A model generated the notes under the pieces. It did no database searches. It saw nothing but the letters and a program-made list of their open reading frames with translations, and was not told where the DNA came from. A program made the position numbers and the translations under genes. A stretch of DNA of 61,742 nucleotides, filler included, from Sphacelaria rigidula (taxonomy: Eukaryota), in assembly GCA_964200075.2 (NCBI GenBank). It is 8 parts of 8 records of this genome, joined end to end, with 100 filler letters (N's around TTAATTAATTAA, not from the genome) between each part and the next. Parts side by side here need not be neighbours in the genome. Positions count along the whole stretch, not along the records: positions 15,463 to 23,093 come from CAXNAA020014025.1; positions 23,194 to 30,824 come from CAXNAA020014026.1; positions 30,925 to 38,554 come from CAXNAA020014027.1; 5 more parts are not named here. One strand, given 5' to 3'. Positions 22,828 through 34,281 of this stretch are shown in pieces. How positions within the stretch are numbered: position 1 is the first letter of the stretch; each line of letters starts with the position of its first letter.

Positions 22828-23023
22828 CAAGAAATCAATGTGACATGAGAAAATGCCCAAGACAACACCATTTTTCATGCTGAAAATTGGAACTTAGTGA
22901 ATTTGGTTTCTGCTCCAGGTAAAAAATTCGACGAGCCGTTTTTTTGCGACTCGGTTTTCGCGACTTATTTTTTGCTATATATATCCTCTCTAAGACCCCT
23001 ATTGATTTCGTTCGTGTTCTTTT

Positions 23024-23093
23024 GGGGGAGTGCACTCATGAACATGCATGCCGTAGTCATAAGACCATTGACCTCGCATCCCTACAATGCCGG
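23024..23093 (+). repeat. Type-I structured repeat end at contig end
   Basis: Stops at ...cctacaatgccgg, the same point as the end of contig 4. Confidence 0.85.
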
Positions 23094-23193
23094 NNNNNNN
23101 NNNNNNNNNNNNNNNNNNNNNNNNNNNNNNNNNNNNNTTAATTAATTAANNNNNNNNNNNNNNNNNNNNNNNNNNNNNNNNNNNNNNNNNNNN
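23094..23193. other. Artificial contig linker
   Basis: Same 100-bp linker. Contig 3 is 7631 bp. Confidence 0.98.
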
Positions 23194-23199
23194 GGGGGG

Positions 23200-23918
23200 G
23201 GGTGGACAAACAAAACAACAGACAAGAAACCACCAGGAATAAGAGATGAACAAGTCAGAGATGGGAACCAAACACAATGCTCTACGTATCTGACGTAGGC
23301 TATGATGAGGTGGTGTTAGTACTGTCGGTCCCAGGTGCTGTCGGTGCATCTTGGCCTGCAGCTTTCTCGTGCCGTATCGCTGCCTCTGCGTCATCCTTTT
23401 GGCACCAGTCCACCATAAAGCTTTCTCCTCCCTGTTCAACACAGCTGTGCCACTCTAGTGTTTTCAAGGCTCTGGTAGTTCATCCCTGCCATTCGATACC
23501 GAACGCCTTGATGTCTTCCGCTAGGCAGCGGATCCAGTCCTTCTGCCTGCCGTCAGACTCTCTTTCTTGTCCCTTTACGGCTATAATTTCACCGAACATG
23601 ACGTGTTTCGGGATCCGTCCGGGTGACGTGCGCGTGACGAAATCGGCGAAGTGGATTCTACTCTTCCTCACCGCCGTCTCGATGCTTTCGCACCCTGTCC
23701 TCGCGAGGGTCTCTCGGTATGACAGAACGTGGTCTGTGCAATTGCGCTCGTGCCATCCAAAACAGCGCCTGAGCAACGCATGGTGGGCCGTGCGCAGTAG
23801 ATTGTAGTGGGCGTTGAGAGGGGTCCATGTGGCTCACCCATACAGGATCGCCTCAACAGCCTCGGCTTTAGTCATGCGGATCTTAAGGTGGACGGCTGCG
23901 TTTGGTCGATTGTACAGC
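23200..23918 (-). mobile_element. RTE-like LINE, 3' fragment (post-RT region), decayed
   Basis: LYNRPNAAVHLKIRMTKAEAVEAILYG*ATW...LRRCFGW..HVLSYRETLARTGCESIETAVRKSRIHFADFV..RIPKHVMFGE. Continues in frame from the fragment at 25966. Confidence 0.88.
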
Positions 23919-25965
23919 TATGGGCGCGCCTGACCCCCCAAAATGGGCAAAAAAAGTGTCACCGACCAAAAGCACGAACAGACACGAACAGACCGACTTC
24001 TGGGGCTTATCCAGGCTCGTGGAGTAAAATGCGCCTCACGTCATCGGAAGAGAACGGCATGGATCCAAAATTCATATCGAAAAAAAGCGGACTGCCATCT
24101 AAAATCAGAACCCTACCGTTATTTCCGTTGTTCCTCATATATTACATGCCCCTGCGTCGCCTTTCGTCCGCGCTTGCGATACCCTGGCATGCAAGGAGGC
24201 TGATTGGGTTGAACCAACGCAACGCACACCGAGAACACTCGGGCATGGGCGGTACATACATTCCCTGAAGAAATTGAGGCCTTGGTAGACCCCAAATCGT
24301 CTTCTGTGGCGCCGATTTCAACGAAAACGCGTTGTGCGCACCCGAGGAGCACACGGGACTGTCAGCGCTACTCAAAGTCCGATTCTCGTTGTAACACCCA
24401 AATCAAGTAATAATATCAACCATGAACATTTGTAGCCCAACGCCGGTAACTGAAACCAGCAAGCTGAACCATTTTTGGGAGGGGGTGCGGATCGAAATTG
24501 GGCCAAAATGAGTCATATGTACTGATGAACTTCAACGGGGACGGCTCTTACGCAGACGAGTGGAGTACAATTAGTCACCGGGTGTGTAATGTGGGCTGGG
24601 CGGGTGTTGGTCCACAAAATCGTCATGATTTGAGGAACTTCATTTATCGGCTCCCATCATTCCACAGCTTTTGTCGGATGAACGACTCGCCTTGTGCAAG
24701 TATATGTGTTGTTCCATGGGCATGGCTTTTCATTTCATGAATATGATATTAATTATCCCTTCAACCGCGACGGTTGGTCACATGCTGAATCGGCATCATT
24801 TTTCACTTGAAAAAAGTATGCATGGTCCAGATGGACTACCCTCGCGGTCTAGGGTTTCATCGGACTCCAAAGGTATTGTTTTGCAAGAGGGAATGAAAAC
24901 AAACGGCCGTCCGTCACCCACCAGTGCCGATACAACAGAGGCGTGCATTAGGACGGGCGGGTCCACTGAAAGACATGATTGGGGCTTCGGTGCCATGTGG
25001 CTTCAGTGACAGTGGGCTGACGACTTTATGCTGTCTGATGTATCGTCTTGACGCAGTATACTTTCCCATTCGGGAGCGTGAGTTGGTTAATCTTGATCTT
25101 GGTGCGAAAACCGAAATCCGCATCTTTTACGGGGGCCGTGCTCCTAGCATTCTCCTAGCGTCCCAGAACACGTTCTTGTCTAAATCGGCGCATGGGGCGC
25201 CGATTTGAGGTCTGGCAACGCACTCTTCGCCTACGAAACACGTTGCACCCGCCTTGCCCGATGGTTCTCGGTATGCCTTCGTTAGGGTCAGTGTTATAAT
25301 TTGTCATCTCCGCTGCTGCGAGGTCGCGAAGATGATTCTTGCTTCTGGGGGCTCGGTCGAAGGTTCAAATTCTACAACATTCCACATATCCGATGTATCA
25401 ACCATCTGCTCTATCAAGAGTCATTCATGGGTGTCATCTATTCTGAGGTCGTTAGACAGGGGTGAGGTTTTCGCGTTTTGTGGAGACCGGCGAGGGTGGG
25501 AGGCGCGTGTTTGCGATCACAGCCCAATTGTCTCAGAGAATACACATCGCTACGGCTATAGATTGGGATGCGACTTTTTGCATCATGTGCGCCAAGACGA
25601 CAGCTACAATTGTACTGGATGAAGTTTTCTATATCATCAGTATGCGAGTTATTTTAACGAATTAAGTGAAAAAAGACATGTGTTTTTTACGATTTTCTCG
25701 ATCACCCTAACGTCTTAGGTAAAACCAACCGGTGCGATTGTAGCTTGGACAAATACACGCCGGTGAGTAACCGAGCCACGCCGTGGTTCGTACTCCGGAA
25801 CAAGAAAACTCCGAAAGCGTTCAATGGAAACCCTACTCAAATCAAAAGTACTTTGAGGGATTTTCCGGCATGCATAGTCAGGAGATGAACGAAATCTCCG
25901 GTCTGTTCGTGCTTTTGGTCGGTGACACTTTTTGGGCTCATTTCGTGGGGTCAGGCGCGCCCATA
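23919..25965. mobile_element. 2047-bp non-autonomous TIR DNA transposon inserted in the LINE RT
   Basis: About 65-bp TIRs (TATGGGCGCGCCTGACCCC..AAATG.GC..AAAAAGTGTCACCGACCAAAAGCACGAACAGAC) at 23919-23983 and 25901-25965. Flanks are ACAGC and ACAGT. Removing the element restores the LINE frame (KAQLYNRP). Confidence 0.92.
24758..24854 (+). mobile_element. About 100-bp piggyBac-like MITE nested in the TIR element
   Basis: CCCTTCAACCGCG...CGCGGTCTAGGG, homologous to the units at 54114-55162. Confidence 0.7.
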
Positions 25966-26905
25966 ACAGTTGGGCTTTGTACTGGTGGTACTTCGACCAT
26001 GCCCGTTGTACGCACTTTTTGATTCCTACAGAGAGATCACCGCTCTCCGTAATTGACCTCCCCAGGTATACAAAGCTGTATGTTTGTTTGTATACGTGGC
26101 CAGCCGCGTTGATGTCGAGGCGCCCCGCCTTTGAGTGCAGTCGCATTGTCTTCGTCTTTGCTTCCGACATGGCCAACCCGAACTCTCCGCAGATCGTCAC
26201 AATCACCGTCATGATCTTTTCGAGGCTCGATGGTGTCCGCGAGACGATGCAGGCGTCATCGGCGTACAGCATACTCCATAAGGACCGTACCTCTCCCGCC
26301 GCGATTGCTGTGGCCACGCCTGGCTCGACCCATGCTACCGCACATTCCAGTTGGAAATCTCTCTTTTCGCGCTATCGGCCTCGCACCAGGTCCTCCGAGA
26401 TGTCAGGGTCATCGTGAAAGGTTGCCAGGGTCACCGTGAGCACTGCCGTGAAGAAAATGTTGAACGATAGTGGTGCTAGGACGCATCCTTGTCGGAGCCC
26501 TTTCGGATAACGAGCCATTCCGAGTATTCCTCGTCGTTCGTGCGCACCCAAGCTTGCAAACCAGCGTGAAATTGGCGGGTGATCGAGAGCATGATGGGTG
26601 GGACGCCATAGCGTTCCAGAACTTTCCAACGCAGTGAGCGGTCGACAGAATCGTGTGCTTTCGTGAGATCGACAAAACATATGTAGAGCGGAATCTGTCG
26701 TCTCCGGTCAAGTTCCTGGAGTCGTCGGACGGTGAACATCATGTCGACGGTTGAGCGTCCGGAGCGGAAGCCGCACTGCTCTTCAGGCAGAATCCCATTG
26801 CCCTCGCAGTAGGTGCTTAGGCGGCGGTCAATTATCTTGAGGAGCACTTTGCTGGGGTATGACACGGGTGAAATCCCTCTTTAGTTCCCGCATTCCGTCC
26901 GATCG
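25966..26905 (-). mobile_element. RTE-like LINE reverse transcriptase, 5'-truncated, frameshifted
   Basis: KVLLKII..RL, LPEEQCGFRSGRSTVDMMF, CFVDLTKAHDSVDR, GLRQGCVLAPLSFNIFF, MLYADDACIVS, FVYLG. Confidence 0.93.
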
Positions 26906-28376
26906 GGATATCCACATCTCAGGTGGATCTTGCACGACAAGGCGTGATCGATACCATGTACTGTTGTAGCGTCAGATTGTGGGTTAAGAAGTCATTATGT
27001 ATGATGGGCGCAAGGCTCCTCCTGGTCTCCTCGTGCTGACGGCTGAGATATATGACACCCTGCGCCCGGTCACCAAGAACTACCGTTATCCTTCGTCTGT
27101 GCCACAAGTAAAGTTCATAATGTTTATTTACACGGGCCCTGAATCGTGTCTGATTCCTTAGGAGATAACTCTATTGAATTCTTTGACGTACCTTTGGTTG
27201 AAATATTTTGGTCATATTTGTGTTTGCGCATTATCCTGCATGGGCGAACAGCCGCAAAAAAACAGTCGACTCGAGAATGACGGCTTTTTGCCTCTATTCC
27301 GAGGGACAAAAACGTGAGCAAAATGAAAGGCTCTGCTTGTTGAAATGTCCGTAGCGCCATGGCCTTTGTTGGAGTAAGAGGGCGACGGCCGCCCACTCCA
27401 ACGTTTGTTTGGGAGATGGAGCTTACCGGTGTCGTCTTGAAGAGATTTGCAGAAAGCCGCAGTCGCCAGAAACACGCCCATACCTCACCGAAACATGGAA
27501 CTTGACCACTTTTTTACTGTCCAATTTCTGAAACTGGTGATGCCGTGCATCTCGAGGTAAATGGTTTGTTGCGGTGTGCAGAACGTCTACTTGGCTTGCC
27601 CCTGTCGCTGTAAGCACGCCGATTGACCATCTACGACGCGAGAGATGACCAGCTGCGACTAGCGTACCGTGAACGAAAACGCCTTAAACGCCGTTTTGAG
27701 TTATGAAGGTGCAGCTGAAATGGTTAGTGAGTTGTGGTGCTATGGTAGGGGTGCACGAATATTTTCTGAGGTTCGAGTTGTTGGGAGCCCTCTATCCCAT
27801 CCGATAAACGGCGTATGAAATATGGAAGAGCATGCCACGATCAGCATTCCGATTTGCCAGGGATATATAACACGAACGAATTTGAAAGCGGGAATGTTCT
27901 GACCCATATTTTGTGTGTAGCTCCTAACCTGTGGGACCCCTGGACGAGAAAGATTGGGGCCCAAATGTGCAACCCCTACCGTAGCATGACTCTAGTCACT
28001 TGCTTTTTGATAGGGCGCACCACACGACGTATGGGGACATGATGAGGTGTTACGCACACGAAAGAGCGATGTGCTCGCAACAGATGGCTCTGCTTATCAT
28101 TATACATGTCTCTGCACGCTTGTCATGTCTCGGCCCCCCTGTACATACATTTTCCACGCGTGCACCCATTTCATCTTCGCAAGTTGCCCTTTGCTTGATT
28201 CCCAAGTCCGGTGCAGCCACATTGGCAGGTTCAATCACCAAGTATAATGTCTTCATACAGGAGTGCCCGAAAAAATAATGGTCATGATCCACGCAACCTT
28301 TTTGTCATTTCCGGCCCTACAGGGGGGATAACAACTCCTATATAAAATTACCACTGCATCAATTCACATACAAAGC

Positions 28377-28795
28377 AAGTGGCTTGATCCAAGAGTAGAG
28401 GAGGCAAGTTACTCGCATCGAGTACAGGTGAACCAAGTCACCTATTCATAGACTAGCTGAGGTAAGTTACTTGAACTAAGTACGGGTGAACGAATTCATT
28501 TGATATTAGAATAGCTGAAATAGGTTACTTGATTCAAGAGTAGAGAAGGCAAGTTACTTGAACTGAGTACGGGTGAACCAAATCACTTGATATTAGAATA
28601 TCTGAGGAAAGTCACTTGAATTGAGTTTCGGTGAACCAGGTCACTCGATATTAACTAGCTCAGGCAGGTTACTTTGTCCAGGTGTAGGGAAAGCAAGCCA
28701 CAAGAACTTCGTATGGGTGATCCAAGTCACTTGATCCTGAACTAGCTGAGGCAAGTTGTTGAAACTGAGCATAGGTGAACCCCGTCACTTGATCC
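28377..28795. repeat. 29-bp minisatellite with a 145-bp higher-order repeat (ABCBC)n
   Basis: An 11-bp core AAGT(C/T)ACTTGA alternates with three classes of 18-mer. Class A starts at 28388, 28533 and 28677. Confidence 0.88.
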
Positions 28796-30125
28796 TACAG
28801 TTGGTATTGCTCGCAATAACGTGGCCGACCGACTCCATGAGTCTATATAGGAAAATCTATTTTCGATTGTTATATTACACTTCTGGTTGTTCTAATCAGC
28901 CACATCAACTGCATGCAGAGAACGGCGATAACCACCGTTTTTCGGCCTGGTTCCTTCTGCCTTCATACATGCAAGCAAGCAAATCATGTTACTGTGTAGA
29001 ACTCTATTGGAGATGCCATGATGCATTGTAATGCATCACAATCGAATGTCCACAGCGCGTTGCATCTTATCGCGAGAGATGGAGTCGCGAAAAGAAGCTG
29101 CTCAATCGTCCAAGTCGCCCAACAACAAAAGGTGTCTTGCAGAAAAGAAAAAAAAACGGCCGATCAGGAGGAGGGAGGGTCATACGTTTTTTTTTTCAAG
29201 ATACACGTACATCATATCGTAAACCCAACGGAATCCATGCTCTCTCGTGCTGTGTGCGCTGGTGCGCCTGTGATGTGCACGGCAACATCTCCCGTGATAC
29301 GTGACGGTATGGTGCACCACTGATATCCTGCGGTAGACAGAGAGGCTATGAGTACGCAGGACCCATCAAAAGAGTCTCGGATTAAGTATGTCACACGGTG
29401 CAATTAAACTGACGTGTGAAAATTCGAAGCACTGCTTCGCAAGCGGGAAAACGGCACTTGATGGTGTGTTGACAGACATAACGAGCAGCTTGCGATGTGT
29501 GGGCTGCTGCCACAGTTTTGCACACGTCGACATATATACAGGTATATACATTGCAAAAATAATGAACGCCCGGGCACATCGGTTGCACCTGAAGTGAGAC
29601 GGGGAGATTATACGACGTCGGAAACATAAGGAACTCATCTGAGCTACGTCACGAGGTTCATGTGGCGACAAGGGCGGTTGCCCCAAAATTGAGGTCAATG
29701 CGATGGATTGGGGTGTATCACGGCCAATATGGGATATTTCAAGTCGAAATAGGCCCACGGACCGATGGGAGTCAGCCCAAAACATATCATGGCCTATCTT
29801 AACGGGACCCGAAACATCATTTGAGAAGAAAAAAAAATCTACGATCACGCTCTGTGATTCGTGGCTGCTGTGACTGGTGGCAGATTAGCATCAATCACAA
29901 GGCGGGGATTGCCAAATGTACTTTACTCGGGTGATCTTTCCCATCCCGCGTCGACAGGCCCTTGATCGAAAGTGGTTCATTCTTCAAACCCCGCACGAGG
30001 TCCCACCAGTCTTTGTACGGGACTCGAATTTCAACGTACCGGCCGCCGCGCCCCGGTGGTCTAAAGGCACACCTGACACCATAAGGGTGAGGAAGACGCG
30101 GGTTGGAATCCCGTTAGATGCATAT

Positions 30126-30219
30126 GTTGAGGTTTCACAATAACCATTGAGTCACTCAGTCAGCACTGACTGAGTGGCTCGCTGACTGAGTGGCTCGGTG
30201 ATTATTGCGACATCTTAAC
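30126..30219. repeat. Palindromic MITE-like hairpin
   Basis: Arms at 30126-30164 and 30181-30219. Internal duplication of ctgactgagtggctc, with another copy of the motif near 30509. Confidence 0.8.
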
Positions 30220-30758
30220 CAAAGTCGTCTCTGGTGTCCGTCCAAGCTGTCAAGCCTATGGATTGAACTCCGTTTCACCCTGGGGTTGTCGTCCCTGTAG
30301 TCGATGCTGCTACTGCCTCGGCTTTTTTGTGCTTTTTCTGGCGTAACGCGTTTGCACTGGGTCGCCGTCGTGTGCTCTTTTCATATTTCTTCATCATGAC
30401 GAAATTGACCGAGGATCATAGTGAGATGAATCGAACCCCGTAACTAGTGTTGTTTTGTTGTGAATTTAGTATAGTGCCACGAAGACCTCTGAGCCACAAA
30501 GCCAGCCTTGACTGAGTGGCTCAAAGTTCATTGTGATGCCTTAGCAGCGTCTTGTTTGGCTTTTTCTCAGAAGTATCTGATTCCCGTCGTTGGAAGCATG
30601 AGGACGTCAGTAGCAAGAGGAGTATGTTTGGCTGAGTTTGTTGGACGGCAATCGACACGGTGCGGCGGTGTTGATCCAATATTCGGCGCCAAAATTCGAG
30701 GCTCATGCCGGGGGAGAGATGGGCTGGTCTCTTGAGACCACGCACGCGCCCCGAGGAA

Positions 30759-30824
30759 GGGTGTTCTCATGATCATGTATGCCATAGTCATAAGACCATT
30801 GACCTCGCATCCCTACAAAGCCGG
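30759..30824 (+). repeat. Type-I structured repeat end at contig end
   Basis: Stops at ...cctacaaagccgg. Confidence 0.85.
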
Positions 30825-30924
30825 NNNNNNNNNNNNNNNNNNNNNNNNNNNNNNNNNNNNNNNNNNNNTTAATTAATTAANNNNNNNNNNNNNNNNNNNN
30901 NNNNNNNNNNNNNNNNNNNNNNNN
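30825..30924. other. Artificial contig linker
   Basis: Same 100-bp linker. Contig 4 is 7631 bp. Confidence 0.98.
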
Positions 30925-31603
30925 CCCCCCCCCTTCTCCTTCCCCCAGGAAGTCGTTCCGCAGGACCACCAGCCGGCGATATTGTTCCGAGAGTGAACGC
31001 CACGCCCGAAAGATTAACTCTTAAACCGCTGAGTTCGCCTCGGAATGGTATCACTAGCTGACAGTCCACAAGCTACGGCGGTTGGGTGGGGGGGAGTATT
31101 TTTTTAGGATCGGAGATGCGGATTCCCAGATCATTGGAGAAAGCTGCCCAGATGAAATCATACTTGATGTATGTTCTCAGTTTCCAGGGAAAGTTTAGGT
31201 TCCTCAGCAAGCCTCAAGGGAGTGGAGTCACCACTTTGATAGTTCGTATTGGTCGAATGATCCATCATCATGTTTCCCCCGAAGCACCCCAGTATTGCTC
31301 ACTTGGCGGTCAAGCTGTAGCCGTCTGCCTGCTCCCTCTCGTGTTGGAGAAGATTGTTGCAGCACAACGTTGAAGGATACGAGGCAGTTAGTGATGTACA
31401 CAGCGTCGACTGTGTGCAGTGTAGAGGGGCGACACCATGCTTTGCGACACCCTGCTTTGTACTGTTGCACTGTTGCATTTACTCGCCCGTGATTTTTTTT
31501 GGAATACGGTACAGCAGCAGCGCAATGTATTACTCTAGGCTCGACGTGTGCCAACACAATCCCGAAAGTGCCAAGGCTGCGGAAGCACAGGCAAAGCATG
31601 TTA

Positions 31604-31643
31604 ATTGATCCATTGATCCATTGATCCATTGATCCATTGATCC
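31604..31643. repeat. (ATTGATCC)5 minisatellite
   Basis: Perfect 8-mer repeats; same motif family as 52590-53430. Confidence 0.92.
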
Positions 31644-32528
31644 GTTGGCAAATTCTTGTTCTCGCACATTAAAGTGATCCCCGATGATTCCAGCCGTGAT
31701 GTATTCCGCGTATGTCGTGGCAGCAGTGGTTGCCAGCGTGCATCATTTGCAAAAACGCATGAAACTAGCATGCACCCCATGAAAATGACGCAGCAAAGAC
31801 GTACAAGCACTTGGCTTTGCTCAGGCTCAAAAGCAGTCAGAGGCTCTCGCGCACTAGCTTTCATACAAACGCTCAACATTCACCTTCTGAAGTAAAAAGA
31901 AGTGCCTTGTCACGCGGAACACAACTTCGAAAACTACGACAGTTCCGAAGTCAAATCGATCACGGACGATTTCGGGCATCCATAGAGGGCGGCATTGAGA
32001 TCAAAGGGTTGATTAAAAATATATGTTCAAGTATTCCCGTTCGCTTAGCGAAAGGCCTTTCTCGTGTCCACCGCAATTTTCGGCAAAGTCAAGGTTTGGT
32101 GGCTTGATATGTTTTTCACCGACGTGCTATCTTCCGCACCCATCGTACGGTGCTTGTGTTGTGTTTCTTGCTCGCGATCTTATCTAGAAATCGGACGATC
32201 GGCGCCCGGCTCGTTTTGCTGTGAGTTGACGTTACCCAGCCGCGTGGTGTTGGACCATCACACTATAATTGTACACTGGCAACTTTTACTACTACAGGTG
32301 GACACTCTAAAACGGACTAAACGCACGATAGTGATTATGTATCTCATCCACTGAGCCGCTGAGAATCCCCTGCAAACTTATTTTCGACGTCCGCGTAAAT
32401 CCAAGCTGTCCTGTGTATTTGCAGTGCTGTGTAGCGGTCGTGAGATGGTGTAGCATAGAGAACTCCTGGTAGTTATATACCTTAGATCGAATGCGAAAGC
32501 TTTGATGGCATTTTCTCTTTGACCGTGT

Positions 32529-32889
32529 GCGGGTCGCCCCGGTGGCTCAGTTGGTCACCTCGAAACCTCCAGACGGTTGGGTCGTGGGTTCGAATCTCGG
32601 AGCGATTTGGGATTTTTTCTCACACAATGCCCAACAGTGGAGAGGGACTACGTCGTGGGTACATGAAATTTGACTTAATGGTCGACGAGGGAAAGGGATT
32701 GCTGAACTCCTCTCGCGATCAAAAGTAAAGGCAAGCGCCGCAGAAGGGAGATGGAGCATTACAACAAAACAAAAAAGAAGAAACTCCTGTGTTGGCCTTC
32801 CTCCTGAGTGACCCCGGCTGATGCGACCACATATACCGAAAGGTGTAGACCGGCATCCAGAATAGATGGGACGACAAGACAACACACAC
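32529..32889 (+). mobile_element. Full-length tRNA-derived SINE (about 360 bp)
   Basis: Pol III box A (TGGCTCAGTTGG) and box B (GGTTCGAATC) in a tRNA-like head, a conserved body and a CA-rich tail. Five copies in the window. Confidence 0.9.
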
Positions 32890-33117
32890 CGTGTACTATA
32901 TGCACAAATATACACCACACCTGATTACTGTGTTGCCATCTCTTGGTTCACTTTAGACGCCATCCTGTGCTGCCACGCTCGTCTTCTTTCCATTTTTTCG
33001 CTATCGACGTCACCCAGGGCAAAAACAAGCGCGGCGCTTGCGCAAGATTTCCCTCGTTCTTCTCGGGATTCGAGAAAAATCCAAGATTTCACATACCAGC
33101 ATACACAGTGGCAGCAA

Positions 33118-33534
33118 ATGGCCACCGCCGCGTTGTCACACGATCAATCCTCGGCTTCGCCTCCAGCTCATCCGTCTTTCGTCGTTCGACGACCGTTGCC
33201 ATCGACTTCAGCCGATAAGATCCTAGAGGGGCAGCGGCTGAAAGACCAGGCGTTGGAACTACTCAAAAGAGAGTCGCCGAAGCCGGCGGCCATCCTGTTC
33301 AAGAAATGCTTCGCGTACACGAGGGGTTTATTACCGCGGCGCTCTAGCCTGGCAGACTACGCCCTCGCCGCGGGACAGCACGACACGGTGATCGACGCGA
33401 CGCAAGAGGAAAGTGTCAGGGTACTAGAGTTGGCTTGCAACGAAGGGCTTGCCAAGATCTATTTAGATCGTGCGACGTCCTCAGCCCTCCAGAGACAACG
33501 GTACCTCGAGCAAGCTCTGAGCTACAGCGAGAAG
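33118..33534 (+). CDS. TPR-containing protein (TTC9-like), first exon
   Basis: ATG to AAG|GTGTGT donor, 139 codons. KILEGQRLKDQALELLK..AAILFKKCFAYTRGL...LACNEGLAKIYL...EQALSYSEK is the TPR1-insert-TPR2 pattern of TTC9/FKBP-type TPR domains. Downstream exons were not found on the contig. Confidence 0.78.
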
Positions 33535-34061
33535 GTGTGTTGAAGTTTGTGTAAAATCACAATTATCCCATATCTATATATCTCACAGATCTGTGCATGA
33601 GTAAGCCTTTCAGGAACCGGAGCTTACGAAGGATGAAATTGTCAACGGGTGATTTTCCTCGCACAGGTATTTTTCCGTTCTTTATGTTAGTATCCACCAC
33701 CTCCCACCTTCCCTGTCCTGGTCCGGCGAACATCCGGCGTGCTCCGTCCCGGGTTTGTGGGGACGGACCCCCTATGGGGTTGGCGTCGGTTGGCAACGAC
33801 GCTGTAAAACATGCCTCTCATTGCGCAAGTGAGGTGACCGGGTTCCTGTTTTTTTTTGCGTGGTTGCGTTTTTATTGCGGTAGCCATGATGGTGGTCGAG
33901 CTAGATCATATCGTGCGGGGTGGGAGAACCTCAATTTCGCGCAACGGGGATGATTATATTACGTAGTGTTCAAATCGGAGACACCCATGAGGCAGTGTGT
34001 AAACCGTAGCTGTCTCTGCAAGTGGCGATACCAGAAAATGAAGGAACTCATTGTAGGCTGT

Positions 34062-34281
34062 CATCCAAACGCAAGATAATTTGTACGCTTCGAGCCGGTC
34101 AATCTTATCAGGATGCAACTCGCCCTTCATGCGACTCGCCGAACACATCACCGCGCTTCGCGCTTGGTGATCGATTGCAAGCCCGGTCCGGCGAAAGCCC
34201 GGCGTGCTCTGTCCCGGCTTTGAAAGGATGCGAGGTCAATGGTCATATGACTACAGCATGCGAGATCATGAGTAGAGCCCC
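34062..34281 (-). repeat. Type-I structured repeat (long copy)
   Basis: Reverse-complement homologue of 2473-2684. A fragment also lies at about 33720-33765. Confidence 0.88.

Noticed and set aside
28377..28795. CRISPR array
   Set aside because: The core is only 11 bp and degenerate, the 'spacers' recur in three classes, there are no cas genes, and the context is eukaryotic.
32535..32605. Functional tRNA gene (also at about 36610-36680 and 52222-52292)
   Set aside because: The acceptor stem does not close, anticodon loops differ between copies, and each is fused to the same 290-bp body and CA tail. These are SINE heads.
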